This document shows, in pieces, positions 18,001 through 26,494 of a DNA stretch of 64,000 nucleotides. Position numbers and translations under genes: made by a program. The DNA is from Parvularculaceae bacterium (GTDB lineage Bacteria; Pseudomonadota; Alphaproteobacteria; Caulobacterales; Parvularculaceae): the NCBI GenBank assembly GCA_028280115.1, contig JANQMJ010000021.1, forward strand, positions 85,893 to 149,892, written 5' to 3'. The notes below the pieces were generated by a model. That model made no database searches, was not told the origin of the DNA, and worked only from the letters and a program-made list of their open reading frames with translations. Numbering within the stretch: the stretch's first letter is position 1; every line of letters begins with the position of its first letter.

Positions 18001-18060
18001 TTTTAAGGGGCCTTTCCCGCGGTCGACTTTCCGCCAGCGAACGCCTATCTATAGCCCGCA

Positions 18061-19290
18061 ATGGAAACCCGTTCGATCCTTCTCGTCATCGGCGGCGGCA
18101 TCGCCGCCTATAAGTCGCTGGAACTGATCCGCGACCTGGCGCGGCGCGGGATAAAAACTCGCGCCATCCTCACAAGGGCCGGCGGCGAATTCATCGCGCC
18201 GCTTTCAGTCGCAAGCCTGACCAAAGAAAAGTGCTATACGGATCTTTTCGATCTCACCGATGAAGCGGAGATGGGCCATATCGAATTGTCGCGTTCGGCC
18301 GATCTTGTGGTCGTTGCGCCGGCGACCGCCGATCTGATGGCCAAGGCGGCGGGCGGACTGGCGAACGATCTCGCCTCGACGGCGCTGCTCGCCACCGACA
18401 AGCCGATCCTTTATGCGCCGGCGATGAATGTGCGCATGTGGGACCACGCGGCCACCAAGCGCAATCTTGCGGTCTTGAAGATGGACGGGGCGATGTTCGT
18501 CGGCCCCAATGAGGGCGACATGGCCTGCGGCGAGTTCGGTCCCGGACGCATGGCCGAGCCGGTCGAAATCGCCGACGCCATCGAGGCCTATTTCGCCAGG
18601 AGCGCCGCCGGACCGCTGACCGGCCGGCGCATTCTCGTCACCGCCGGCCCGACCCATGAGCCGATCGACCCGGTGCGCTATATCGCCAACCGATCCTCCG
18701 GCAAGCAGGGCTACGCCATCGCCGCGGCGCTGCGCGATCTCGGCGCGGAGGTCATCTTGGCGACCGGTCCGACCAGCCTGCCCGTGCCCCAGGGGGTTAA
18801 GACCGTGTGGGTCGAAACCGCGCGGGACATGATGGCGGTCAGCGAAAAGGCGCTGCCGGTCGACTGCGCCGTCTGTTGCGCGGCGGTCGCCGACTACCGG
18901 CCCGCGATCGAAACCGAGCACAAGATCAAAAAGGAGCGCGGCGGGCTCACCAATATTCAGATGGCGGAAAATCCCGACATTTTGAAAACCATTTCCCAGA
19001 TGAAGAAGGGCCGGCCGCGCCTGGTGATCGGCTTTGCAGCGGAAACCGACGACATTTTGTGCAACGCCGAAGTCAAGCGCAAGCGCAAGGGCTGCGACTG
19101 GATCATCGGCAATGACGTTTCGCCGGGCGCCCAAAGCGCCATGGGCGGCGAAAAGAACACGATCATCCTGATCACCGAGGACGGCGACGAAGCCTGGCCG
19201 GAAATGACCAAGGAAGACGTCGCCCGGCGCCTTGCCGAACGCATCGCGAAGGCGCTGAAAGGCCCGACCCTGGTGAAGGCGGCGGAATAA
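18061..19290 (+). CDS. coaBC: bifunctional phosphopantothenoylcysteine decarboxylase / phosphopantothenate-cysteine ligase
   Basis: ILLVIGGGIAAYKS flavoprotein N-terminus, PAMNxxMW, and SSGKQG in the CoaB half. 409 aa. Confidence 0.95.
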   Translation: METRSILLVIGGGIAAYKSLELIRDLARRGIKTRAILTRAGGEFIAPLSVASLTKEKCYTDLFDLTDEAEMGHIELSRSADLVVVAPATADLMAKAAGGLANDLASTALLATDKPILYAPAMNVRMWDHAATKRNLAVLKMDGAMFVGPNEGDMACGEFGPGRMAEPVEIADAIEAYFARSAAGPLTGRRILVTAGPTHEPIDPVRYIANRSSGKQGYAIAAALRDLGAEVILATGPTSLPVPQGVKTVWVETARDMMAVSEKALPVDCAVCCAAVADYRPAIETEHKIKKERGGLTNIQMAENPDILKTISQMKKGRPRLVIGFAAETDDILCNAEVKRKRKGCDWIIGNDVSPGAQSAMGGEKNTIILITEDGDEAWPEMTKEDVARRLAERIAKALKGPTLVKAAE

Positions 19291-19300
19291 GAAGGCGCAT

Positions 19301-19666
19301 ATGCAAGTTGAGATTATCGTTCCCCTGATCGTCTTCGCCTCGATCGTCATCATCGTGGCGCTGCCGTTTTATTTCCGGCATCGCAACCGGCGGGTGATCT
19401 ACGACGCCATCAAGACCAGCGTGGAAAAGACCGGCGAGGCCGATCCCAAGCTGATCGCCGCCATCACCCATGACACGGTCGGGCCCAACGCCGATCTGCG
19501 GCGCGGCATCTTGCTGCTCGCCTTTGCGGCGGCGTTGTTTCTGATCGGCATGCTTGGCGGCGATGTCGACGGTTTTGCCTTCTGGACCGTCGCGCTGATC
19601 CCCGGCCTGATCGGCGCGGCCTATGTGGCCTTGCACTTTTTCGCACCGCGCGAGCCGACGGTCTGA
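19301..19666 (+). CDS. hypothetical small membrane protein
   Basis: ATG 10 nt after coaBC. 121 aa with an N-terminal TM and two C-terminal TM segments. Confidence 0.55.
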   Translation: MQVEIIVPLIVFASIVIIVALPFYFRHRNRRVIYDAIKTSVEKTGEADPKLIAAITHDTVGPNADLRRGILLLAFAAALFLIGMLGGDVDGFAFWTVALIPGLIGAAYVALHFFAPREPTV

Positions 19667-19725
19667 CCGGGACTGTGACGGCGCAGCCGGGAAGGACCGT
19701 ATACGGATAAAGTGCGCAGAGCCTT

Positions 19726-19747
19726 CTTCCCCCATTTATGGGGGAAG
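19726..19747. other. 9-bp-stem hairpin CTTCCCCCA-ttta-TGGGGGAAG
   Basis: Perfect stem, 60 nt downstream of the stop at 19666. There is no flanking U-run, so terminator function is uncertain. Confidence 0.4.
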
Positions 19748-19783
19748 TAGAAGTAGCGCGGGCTTTAAGCCTTTATAGCGCTG

Positions 19784-19958
19784 AACCCTCCATCCGCTCA
19801 TTCCCGCGAAAGCGGGAATCCATCATTCGGTGTGTTATCCGCCTATACGACGCAGGCGAATTAAGCGGGGACGTCGCCCCTTTTCACAGGATCCATGCTT
19901 GCGGAAAGCGAACGGCCGCTGGATTCCCGCCTTCGCGGGAATGAGCGGGGATGGGTTT
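19784..19958. repeat. MITE/REP-like element with 39-bp terminal inverted repeats
   Basis: The left arm aaccctccatccgctcattcccgcgaaagcgggaatcca matches the reverse complement of the right arm (19920-19958) at about 36/39. Each arm contains a ttcccgcGAAAgcgggaa-type tetraloop hairpin. Confidence 0.7.
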
Positions 19959-20125
19959 GTAAAAACTCTTGAACAGCGCACATGGATAGGTTGAGCATAG
20001 ACCCAATAATACAATCCAGAGAGGGTATTCGGCCCGCAAACCCGCATCGCGTCGATAGATATCGAACACCCTCGCAACGGCCGTATAATACCTGCCATGA
20101 TGAATTCGAACGTTAAAACACATCC

Positions 20126-20216
20126 CGCCGTCATTCCGGACGGCTCCGCGCGCGAAGGCGCGCAAATCATAAATCGACCGCCTTCGCGCGCGGGGCCGAT
20201 CCGGAATCCATGGCGC
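20126..20216. repeat. REP-like palindromic element (long form with nested hairpin)
   Basis: Same 18-nt left end and 23-nt right end as 17538-17586. The centre is replaced by tccgcgcgcgaaggcg...cgccttcgcgcgcgg (a 15-bp nested stem). Confidence 0.75.
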
Positions 20217-20269
20217 GACATCGCCGCGGCGCTCATGCGCGAGGGATGGGATTCCCATTCGCCCGCTTT

Positions 20270-20341
20270 TCCCGGCGAAAGCCGGGATCCAGGACGCTAG
20301 TTCCAGCGCTTGCCGTTTCTGGACCCCGACTTTCGTCGGGG
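20270..20341. repeat. two further GNRA/TTTC-loop REP-type hairpins
   Basis: tcccggcGAAAgccggga (20270-20287) and ccccgacTTTCgtcgggg (20324-20341). Same YCCCGNC-tetraloop-GNCGGGR design as the arms at 19784-19958. Confidence 0.55.
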
Positions 20342-20557
20342 AATGCGGAAGAAAAAGAGGGCGGCGCGTGAAACAGTCGCGGGAATGGCGCCCCACATTT
20401 GGGCGTTTTCCGCTTGAAACAAGGAAAGTCTCCAAACGCGAAGGGGTCAAATGGCGCCCCGCTTTTCTGGCGCGGCTGGGGAAAAGCGCGGGGCGGCTTC
20501 CGGCCCGAATCCGGGCATAAGAAGGCAGGCACACTGCACCGACAAAGGAACCGAGCC

Positions 20558-21055
20558 ATGTCCGCGACTGCGCTGAAATCTTCCTCCCCAGCCGAAGCGC
20601 CGGCGGACGCGGGGCCCCTAGTGCGCATCAAGCGCCTGGCCCATGGCGAAGGGCTCGACCTGCCGCGTTACGAAACCGCGCTGGCGGCCGGCTGCGACGT
20701 GCGCGCGGCGGTGACGGCGCCCTTAACGCTCCGCCCCGGCGAGCGCTTCATGGTCCCGACCGGCATCGCCATCGCCCTGCCGCCGGGCTGGGAAGCGCAA
20801 ATGCGCCCGCGCTCGGGACTGGCGGCCAGGCATGGCATTTCCTGCGTCAATTCTCCGGGCACCATCGATGCGGATTACCGCGGCGAACTCAAGGTGATCC
20901 TGATCAATCACGGGACGGAGGATTTTGTCATCAATCGCGGCGACCGCATCGGCCAGATGGTCATCGCCCCGGTGTTCCAGGCACGGTTTGAAGAAGTCGG
21001 CGAGCTTGACTCAACCCAACGCGGTGAGGGAGGATTTGGCTCGACAGGGGTATGA
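20558..21055 (+). CDS. dut: dUTP diphosphatase
   Basis: Track ORF 20399..21055 trimmed to [27 protein letters not shown] and [10 protein letters not shown] motifs. Confidence 0.95.
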   Translation: MSATALKSSSPAEAPADAGPLVRIKRLAHGEGLDLPRYETALAAGCDVRAAVTAPLTLRPGERFMVPTGIAIALPPGWEAQMRPRSGLAARHGISCVNSPGTIDADYRGELKVILINHGTEDFVINRGDRIGQMVIAPVFQARFEEVGELDSTQRGEGGFGSTGV

Positions 21056-21056
21056 C

Positions 21057-21275
21057 ATGCTGTGGATCTGGCTCTCTTTTACCGGCGCAATTCTCTGGGC
21101 AACGTGCCGTATAGGGATGATTTCTTACGTACTTGTCGCCAAAGAACCGGTGAGAAGTCGTTGGCCAGAAATGAAATTCGGTGAGAAGCTCATCGTCATA
21201 GGAAATTATGTTGGCCCCGTCATTATGTTAGCGGGCTTCACGGGCGTTATAATAGGAATTATACTAGGAAAATGA
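21057..21275 (+). CDS. hypothetical small 2-TM membrane protein (72 aa)
   Basis: ATG 2 nt after the dut stop. AT-richer. MLWIWLSFTGAILWATCRIGMISYVLV...VIMLAGFTGVIIGIILGK. Confidence 0.45.
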   Translation: MLWIWLSFTGAILWATCRIGMISYVLVAKEPVRSRWPEMKFGEKLIVIGNYVGPVIMLAGFTGVIIGIILGK

Positions 21276-21284
21276 GCGCTTTGC

Positions 21285-21485
21285 TCACTTCCCCCAGAAC
21301 CGGAAAATCAGTGTCAGGACGATCGAGACAATAATCATTGTCGTCAGGGGAAAATAAAACGAAAACCCGTCGCGCCGGATAATAATGTCGCCGGGCAGGC
21401 GACCGAGGCCGAGTTTGGCGATCACCGGCCATAACAGCCCCGCCGCAAGCAGCACGAGACCGAGAATGATTAGGGTTTTTTGCAT
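21285..21485 (-). CDS. DUF2905-family small membrane protein
   Basis: Trimmed to MQKTLIILGLVLLAAGLLWP...LPGDIIIRRDGFSFYFPLTTMIIVSIVLTLI, a characteristic DUF2905 pattern. Confidence 0.75.
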   Translation of the reverse strand: MQKTLIILGLVLLAAGLLWPVIAKLGLGRLPGDIIIRRDGFSFYFPLTTMIIVSIVLTLIFRFWGK

Positions 21486-21513
21486 GGTCTCCAAATAACA
21501 CTGAGCCAACCTT

Positions 21514-21651
21514 CCGTCATCCCGTGCGTATTGCAGCATCTTTGATGATGCAATGCAGACACGGGATCCACAGACCAAACCTCGAATGCGGCGCCATGGA
21601 TCCCGTGTCAGCGCAGCAGCGTTTCACGCTGCAGCGCGCACGGGATGACGG
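21514..21651. repeat. 138-nt multi-hairpin palindromic element
   Basis: 15-bp perfect outer stem (21514-21528 / 21637-21651) and 12-bp perfect inner stem (21558-21569 / 21598-21609), plus two side hairpins. The 8-mer ATCCCGTG/CACGGGAT occurs four times in alternating orientation. Confidence 0.7.
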
Positions 21652-21663
21652 CTGGCGTCCCGC

Positions 21664-22143
21664 TCAAAGCGCCTTGCGAAAGCACACAATGCGTTCTTCT
21701 TCGGCGAAACCGAGCCGGCCATGGGCCTTGATGCTGTCGGCATTGTCGACAGCCGCATCGCTGGCGATTTCCGCATAGCCGGACCGGCGGCCCCATTCCT
21801 CGACCGCGCCGACCAGGGCTTTGCCGACGGCTTTTCGCCGCCAATCCGGCGCGACATACCAGCCTTCGAGATAGGCGACCGGCGTCGACCGGCAACCTTC
21901 CGCATAGGGCCGCGCGCTCGCCTCAGCGAAGCCGACAATGTCGCCCGCCGCCTCGGCGACAAACACGGCGCAATGGTCGAACCCGTCAAAGGTTCCGGTC
22001 TCAAAAAAACCGTCGATTTCCGGCGGGTCGAAATCCGGCCACAGCGCCCGGCGCAGGCGCGCCCAGGCGTCCCGGTCGCCGGGAGAAACCGGCCGCACAA
22101 GCACTTGCGTATGTTCGGGCATATCGGGCCTTTCCCTGTTCAA
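21664..22143 (-). CDS. GNAT N-acetyltransferase, aminoglycoside 6'-N-acetyltransferase AAC(6')-I-like
   Basis: Pattern LWPD...GFAEASARPYAEGCRSTPVAYLEGWYVAPDWRRKAVGKAL...WG...GYAEIASDAAVDNADSIKAH..LGF.EEERIVCFRK parallels AAC(6')-Iy/Iz-type enzymes. The start could be the internal M at 22122. Confidence 0.7.
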   Translation of the reverse strand: MNRERPDMPEHTQVLVRPVSPGDRDAWARLRRALWPDFDPPEIDGFFETGTFDGFDHCAVFVAEAAGDIVGFAEASARPYAEGCRSTPVAYLEGWYVAPDWRRKAVGKALVGAVEEWGRRSGYAEIASDAAVDNADSIKAHGRLGFAEEERIVCFRKAL

Positions 22144-22172
22144 ACCGGGCTTTCGCCCATAGATAAGGCGCC

Positions 22173-22934
22173 ATGAACGATGCGCAACGCGAACGCTACG
22201 CCCGCCATATCCTGCTCCGCGAAGTCGGCGGTCAGGGCCAGCAAAAGCTGCTCGGCGCGCGGGTGCTGGTCGTCGGCGCCGGCGGGCTGGGCGCGCCGCT
22301 GATCCAGTATCTTGCGGCCGCCGGCGTCGGGACCATCGGGATCGCGGATGACGACGCGGTGGCGCTGTCGAACCTTCAGCGCCAGACTGTTTTCCGTACG
22401 GACGATGTAAGCCGCGCCAAGACGGCGGCCGCGAAAGACTTCGCCGCGGCGCTTAATCCGGACGTTGCGATTGTCGAGCACCGCCTGCGCGTCGACGATG
22501 AAAACGCTCGCGCTCTCGTCGCCGATTATGACCTGGTCGCGGAGGGCGTTGATAATTTTGAAACCCGCTATGCCCTCAACCGCGCCTCCATCGCGGCGCG
22601 CAAGCCGCTGGTGTCCGCCGCGGTCGGCCGGTTCGACGGCCAGCTGTCAGTCTTCAAGCCTTTCGAAAATCCCGGCGTCCTGCCCTGTTATCGCTGTCTC
22701 GTTCCGGAAACGCCGCCGCGCGAGGCCCAGGTCAACTGCGCGGAGGAGGGCGTTCTCGGCGCCGTCACCGGGGTGATGGGAACGCTCGCCGCCATGGAAG
22801 CGCTCAAGGAATTGTTATCTATCGGTGAGCCCCTGGCCGGCAGGGTGTTGCTATATGACGGGCTCGCCGGCGCGGTTCGAACGATCGGGTTGCCCGCCGA
22901 TCCGAATTGCCCGGACTGCGCCGCGCGAAAGTGA
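22173..22934 (+). CDS. moeB: HesA/MoeB/ThiF-family adenylyltransferase (molybdopterin-synthase adenylyltransferase-like)
   Basis: RYARHILLREVGGQGQQKL, VVGAGGLGAP nucleotide loop, and CYRC plus CPDC zinc cysteine pairs. Confidence 0.85.
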   Translation: MNDAQRERYARHILLREVGGQGQQKLLGARVLVVGAGGLGAPLIQYLAAAGVGTIGIADDDAVALSNLQRQTVFRTDDVSRAKTAAAKDFAAALNPDVAIVEHRLRVDDENARALVADYDLVAEGVDNFETRYALNRASIAARKPLVSAAVGRFDGQLSVFKPFENPGVLPCYRCLVPETPPREAQVNCAEEGVLGAVTGVMGTLAAMEALKELLSIGEPLAGRVLLYDGLAGAVRTIGLPADPNCPDCAARK

Positions 22935-22953
22935 ACCGCGATGAAAGAATCCG

Positions 22954-23583
22954 ATGCGCGCGCGCCATCTGTCTTGCTTGGTCGTCCTTTGTCTGTTGTG
23001 CAGCGGCTGTGCGTCGCTGTTAAAGCCTGACGTCAGCGCCGAACCCGCCGCCTTGCGCCCCGGACAATATGCGCTTGATCCCGATCACGCGGCGCTGTTG
23101 TTCAAGATCGATCATCTCGGCTTTTCGAAATTCGTCGGACGGTTTGAAAGCGTAAAGGCCAGCCTTGACTTCGACGAAGCCGATCCCACCGCGGCGCGCA
23201 TTGAAGCGATCGTCGACATGACCAGCCTCGACATCGCCAATGACGCATTCGCCGCAACGCTGATGGGCCCGGGCTGGTTCGATGCGGAAGCCTTTCCGGA
23301 AGCGGTCTTCCACTCCACCGCCATCGAGGTGACAGGCGAGAACCGGGGCCGCATGACCGGCGATCTGACCTTGCGCGGCGCGACCCTCCCGGCGACGTTC
23401 GAGGTCGTCTTCAACGGCGGCGGACGCGACCGGCTGCGCGGCGCCTACGTGGTCGGATTTTCAGCGACCGGAAGGATCAGCCGCAGCGCATACGGGATCG
23501 ACCGGTTCGGCGCGCTGATCGCCGACGACGCCGCGGTCGTCATCGAAGCGGAATTCGTCAGAAAGCAGCGGGTCAGTCCTTAA
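22954..23583 (+). CDS. YceI-family periplasmic polyisoprenoid-binding protein
   Basis: Lipoprotein-like signal (LLCSGC). HAALLFKIDHLGFSKFVGRFESVKASLDFD is typical of YceI. Confidence 0.85.
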   Translation: MRARHLSCLVVLCLLCSGCASLLKPDVSAEPAALRPGQYALDPDHAALLFKIDHLGFSKFVGRFESVKASLDFDEADPTAARIEAIVDMTSLDIANDAFAATLMGPGWFDAEAFPEAVFHSTAIEVTGENRGRMTGDLTLRGATLPATFEVVFNGGGRDRLRGAYVVGFSATGRISRSAYGIDRFGALIADDAAVVIEAEFVRKQRVSP

Positions 23584-24073
23584 GGGTGATGACGATGACG
23601 CTGCCCGGGGCGACGTCCACCTTGGCCTCGTCGAAACGCGGCTTGCGCAGCTTAATCTTGGCGCGGCCCGAAAACGCCAGCGGCTCTTTCGGCACGCCGA
23701 AGATCCCGCCGCGGTTGAGTTTGCCGTCGCCGTTCTCGTCGAGATAGGCGGCGAAGGCGTAAACCCCCGCTTCAAGGCCGTCGAGGGCCAACAGCGCATA
23801 GCCTTGCTCGTTGATCGGCGCTTCCAGCTTGGCGCGGGCGGTTTTTAAAAACGCCTCGGCGCTGTCATAGATCGATAGCCGAACGGCCTTGCCCGGCTCC
23901 ACGGCAAAGTTGGTTTGGATCGCCGCGACGGGAAAAGCGGGATCGGCGTGGACGGAAAAGAGGCTGACCGGCCTTTCCGGCTCGGCCTGGGCGGCGCTCG
24001 CCGTCGCTAAAAAAAGCCCAATCCCCAATAACTTACGCACAATCGCCATTTCCCGGCAAAGCCGCTTCCGCAA
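23573..24073 (-). CDS. DUF2141 domain-containing secreted protein
   Basis: Signal peptide (probably from the M at 24049: MAIVRKLLGIGLFLATASAAQA). LDENGDGKLNRGGIFGVPKEPLAFSG is a DUF2141 signature. Paralogue at 60009-60530. Confidence 0.75.
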   Translation of the reverse strand: MRKRLCREMAIVRKLLGIGLFLATASAAQAEPERPVSLFSVHADPAFPVAAIQTNFAVEPGKAVRLSIYDSAEAFLKTARAKLEAPINEQGYALLALDGLEAGVYAFAAYLDENGDGKLNRGGIFGVPKEPLAFSGRAKIKLRKPRFDEAKVDVAPGSVIVITLKD

Positions 24074-24191
24074 GACCGGCGCGGCGCTCGATCCACGCGT
24101 TCATTAGATGCCGACAGATTGCTGCGATTCAACTAAAATTTTCGGTAAATCATACAGTTACGATAAAGTGTGGCGGCCGCACCGCGGCCGG

Positions 24192-25184
24192 TCACTGATC
24201 GGCGTCAATCCCGAGAATGACCCGATCCGCCGGCTTATGGCCGTCGGCGAACATCTTGATGTTGATGATCACCCGCTCCCCCATCTCGATCCGGGTTTCA
24301 ATCGTGGCCGAGGCCATATGGGGCAGCAGCACCACATTGGGCGCCTTTAACAGCTTTTCGCTCGGCCAGCCGCGCTCATAGACGTCCAGCCCGGCCCCTG
24401 CGATCCGCCCCGCCTCGATGAGATCGGCGAGCGCCGCCTCGTCGATGATCTCGCCGCGGGAGATGTTCACCACATAGGCGTGCGGTTGCAGAAGCTCGAG
24501 CCGGCGCCGCGACAGGAGGTGAAATGTCGCCGGCGTATGGCGGCAGTTCACCGACACGATGTCCACATGGGCGAGCATTTGGTCGAGACTGTCCCAATAG
24601 GTTGCTTCCAACTCGTCCTCGATATGGGGATTGATCGGATGGCGGTTGTGATAGTGGATCGAAAGGCCGAACGCCCGCGCGCGGCGGGCGATCGCTTCGC
24701 CAACCCGGCCAAGGCCGATAATGCCGAGCTTTTTGCCGCGCACCCGATGGCCGAGCATCCATGTCGGCGCCCAGCCGCGAAACTCGCCCTGTTCGAGCGC
24801 GCGCACGCCTTCGACCAGCCGGCGCGGAACCGCCACGATCAACGCCATCGCCATATCTGCGGCGTCTTCGGTGAGCACGGACGGCGTATTGGTGACGACG
24901 ATGTCGCGCGCGTTCGCCGCGGCCACGTTAATATGATCGACGCCGGCGCCGAAATTCGCGACCAGCTTCAACCTGTCTCCCGCGGCGTTGAAAAATTCGT
25001 CGTCAAGCCGGTCCGCCAGCGTCGAGACGAGAACGTCCGCGTCGGCGGCCAGCTCGATCAGCGCCGACGGCGACGGCGGCGTATCGTCCTTATTGAAGGC
25101 AACGTCGAACAGCGCGGCGAGCCGGTCTTCGACCGGCTGGGGCAGTTTTCGCGTCACCGCGACCTTTATCTTCTTTCCGCTCAC
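24192..25184 (-). CDS. D-2-hydroxyacid dehydrogenase (glyoxylate/hydroxypyruvate reductase-like)
   Basis: GIIGLGRVGEAIARRA NAD loop, NISRGEIID, and LLPHMASAT catalytic His region. Confidence 0.88.
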   Translation of the reverse strand: MSGKKIKVAVTRKLPQPVEDRLAALFDVAFNKDDTPPSPSALIELAADADVLVSTLADRLDDEFFNAAGDRLKLVANFGAGVDHINVAAANARDIVVTNTPSVLTEDAADMAMALIVAVPRRLVEGVRALEQGEFRGWAPTWMLGHRVRGKKLGIIGLGRVGEAIARRARAFGLSIHYHNRHPINPHIEDELEATYWDSLDQMLAHVDIVSVNCRHTPATFHLLSRRRLELLQPHAYVVNISRGEIIDEAALADLIEAGRIAGAGLDVYERGWPSEKLLKAPNVVLLPHMASATIETRIEMGERVIINIKMFADGHKPADRVILGIDADQ

Positions 25185-25298
25185 CGGCGCGCGCCCGCTG
25201 CGATCGGGGGACCGAAACCGGCCGCCCGGGTTAACCTCGAATTAACGGCTTTGCAGTTTGTTAAGTCTTTGTTCATCTTTGATCATGTGTTCGCGTTG

Positions 25299-25862
25299 AT
25301 GACCGTCAATCCCCGTTCCTATTGCGTCGCCGCGCTTGGCGCGGCGCTTGCGGCCACTATGGCCGCGCCCGTATCGGCTTCGCAAGCCGCCCCGGCGTCC
25401 GTCACGCAGGCCAAGGTGCGTTTTGACACGCCCTCGGGCCAGCCGGTGCCGCGTTTTGTCTCCCTCAAATCCGACAAGACATTCTGCCGCACAGGGCCCA
25501 GCTTCGCCCACCCCGTGCGGCTCACCTTTATGCGCCGCGGCCTGCCGGTGATGGTGGTGGCGGAAACAACCGATCATTGGCGCAAGATTCGCGACCCGGA
25601 AGGCGATGAATGCTGGACGCACAAATCCAAGCTTTCAAGCGTCGAAACCGCGCTGGTGCTGGAGGACGGCCTGGCGCTGCGCAGCCGCCCGAGCGAAACC
25701 GCGCCGGCGCGGGCGCGGCTCGGCCGCGGCGTGGTCGCCCGCGTGGTCGCGGCGCGCGATGGCTGGCTGCGTCTTTCCGCCGACGGCCGCAAGGGCTGGG
25801 CGCGGCGGTCCGGCCTGTGGGGCGGGACGCTTTTGCAAATCAATGCTGCGTCGCAGAATTGA
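25299..25862 (+). CDS. SH3-like (DUF1058) domain secreted protein
   Basis: Track ORF 24480..25862 trimmed to MTVNPRSYCVAALGAALAATMAAPVSA. PVPRFVSLKSDKTFCRTGPSFAHPVRLTFMRRGLPVMVVAETTDHWRKIRDPEGDECW. Confidence 0.7.
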   Translation: MTVNPRSYCVAALGAALAATMAAPVSASQAAPASVTQAKVRFDTPSGQPVPRFVSLKSDKTFCRTGPSFAHPVRLTFMRRGLPVMVVAETTDHWRKIRDPEGDECWTHKSKLSSVETALVLEDGLALRSRPSETAPARARLGRGVVARVVAARDGWLRLSADGRKGWARRSGLWGGTLLQINAASQN

Positions 25863-25919
25863 CCGCCTGCGCCCCCGCCTATACCAAACGGCCAGGAGAG
25901 GAAACGACAATTTTCGGGC

Positions 25920-26453
25920 ATGACGGAACGTAAAAACAGCTACGATCGCGAAGGCCTGCTCGATTGCGGCTATCACGGTTTTCGCGGCGCGGGCACGGCG
26001 CAACTGCCGACCCCGCCAATGCTGATGTTCGATCGCATCACGCAGATTGACGACGACAGCGGCAAATTCGGACGGGGCCAGGTGACGGCCGAACTCGATA
26101 TCCATCCGGATCTCTGGTTTTTTGACTGTCACTTCCCACATGATCCCGTGATGCCGGGCAGTCTCGGCATCGACGCCTTGTGGCAGCTTGTCGGTTTCTT
26201 TCTGACCTGGTCGGACCTGCCTGGCCGCGGGCGGGCGCTGGGCGCGAAAGACGTCAAGTTTTCCGGCATGGTCGTCCCGACGGTGAAGAAGGTGCGTTAT
26301 CAGATCGACATCCGACGCGTGATGAAACGCCCGATGATCCTGGGCATCGCCGAGGGCGCGGTCTTCGCCGACAATAAAAAGATTTACGAGGCGACGGATC
26401 TTCGCGTCGGACTGTTTTCCGACGCACAGCTTGCCGAAGGATTGCAGGCTTAA
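25920..26453 (+). CDS. fabA: 3-hydroxydecanoyl-ACP dehydratase/isomerase
   Basis: [39 protein letters not shown] (catalytic His/Asp region). Confidence 0.93.
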   Translation: MTERKNSYDREGLLDCGYHGFRGAGTAQLPTPPMLMFDRITQIDDDSGKFGRGQVTAELDIHPDLWFFDCHFPHDPVMPGSLGIDALWQLVGFFLTWSDLPGRGRALGAKDVKFSGMVVPTVKKVRYQIDIRRVMKRPMILGIAEGAVFADNKKIYEATDLRVGLFSDAQLAEGLQA

Positions 26454-26494
26454 AATCCGTTTCTCGTCATGCGCGCATTAGGAGGAAGCTTCGC

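Noticed and set aside
19680-20557. Possible CRISPR array, because of the many short palindromic repeats.
   Set aside because: The repeats belong to several different families and occur in both orientations with irregular spacing. There are no uniform repeat-spacer units and no cas genes in the window.
20399-20557. N-terminal extensions of track ORFs: dut from 20399, argG to 1648, hppA to 54475, tsaB to 43052, rimI to 42306, ltaE to 52062, maeB from 44231, and the SH3 protein from 24480.
   Set aside because: The extensions are Arg-rich and non-conserved-looking, and they run into upstream genes or repeats. Conserved family N-termini begin at the internal start codons used in the feature list.
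19884-20631. ORFs of 216 aa and 132 aa in the coaBC-dut spacer.
   Set aside because: Their sequences are read-throughs of REP/MITE palindromes (for example PAKAGIQ and FPRKRESI-type strings) with no coherent domain. They are treated as spurious.
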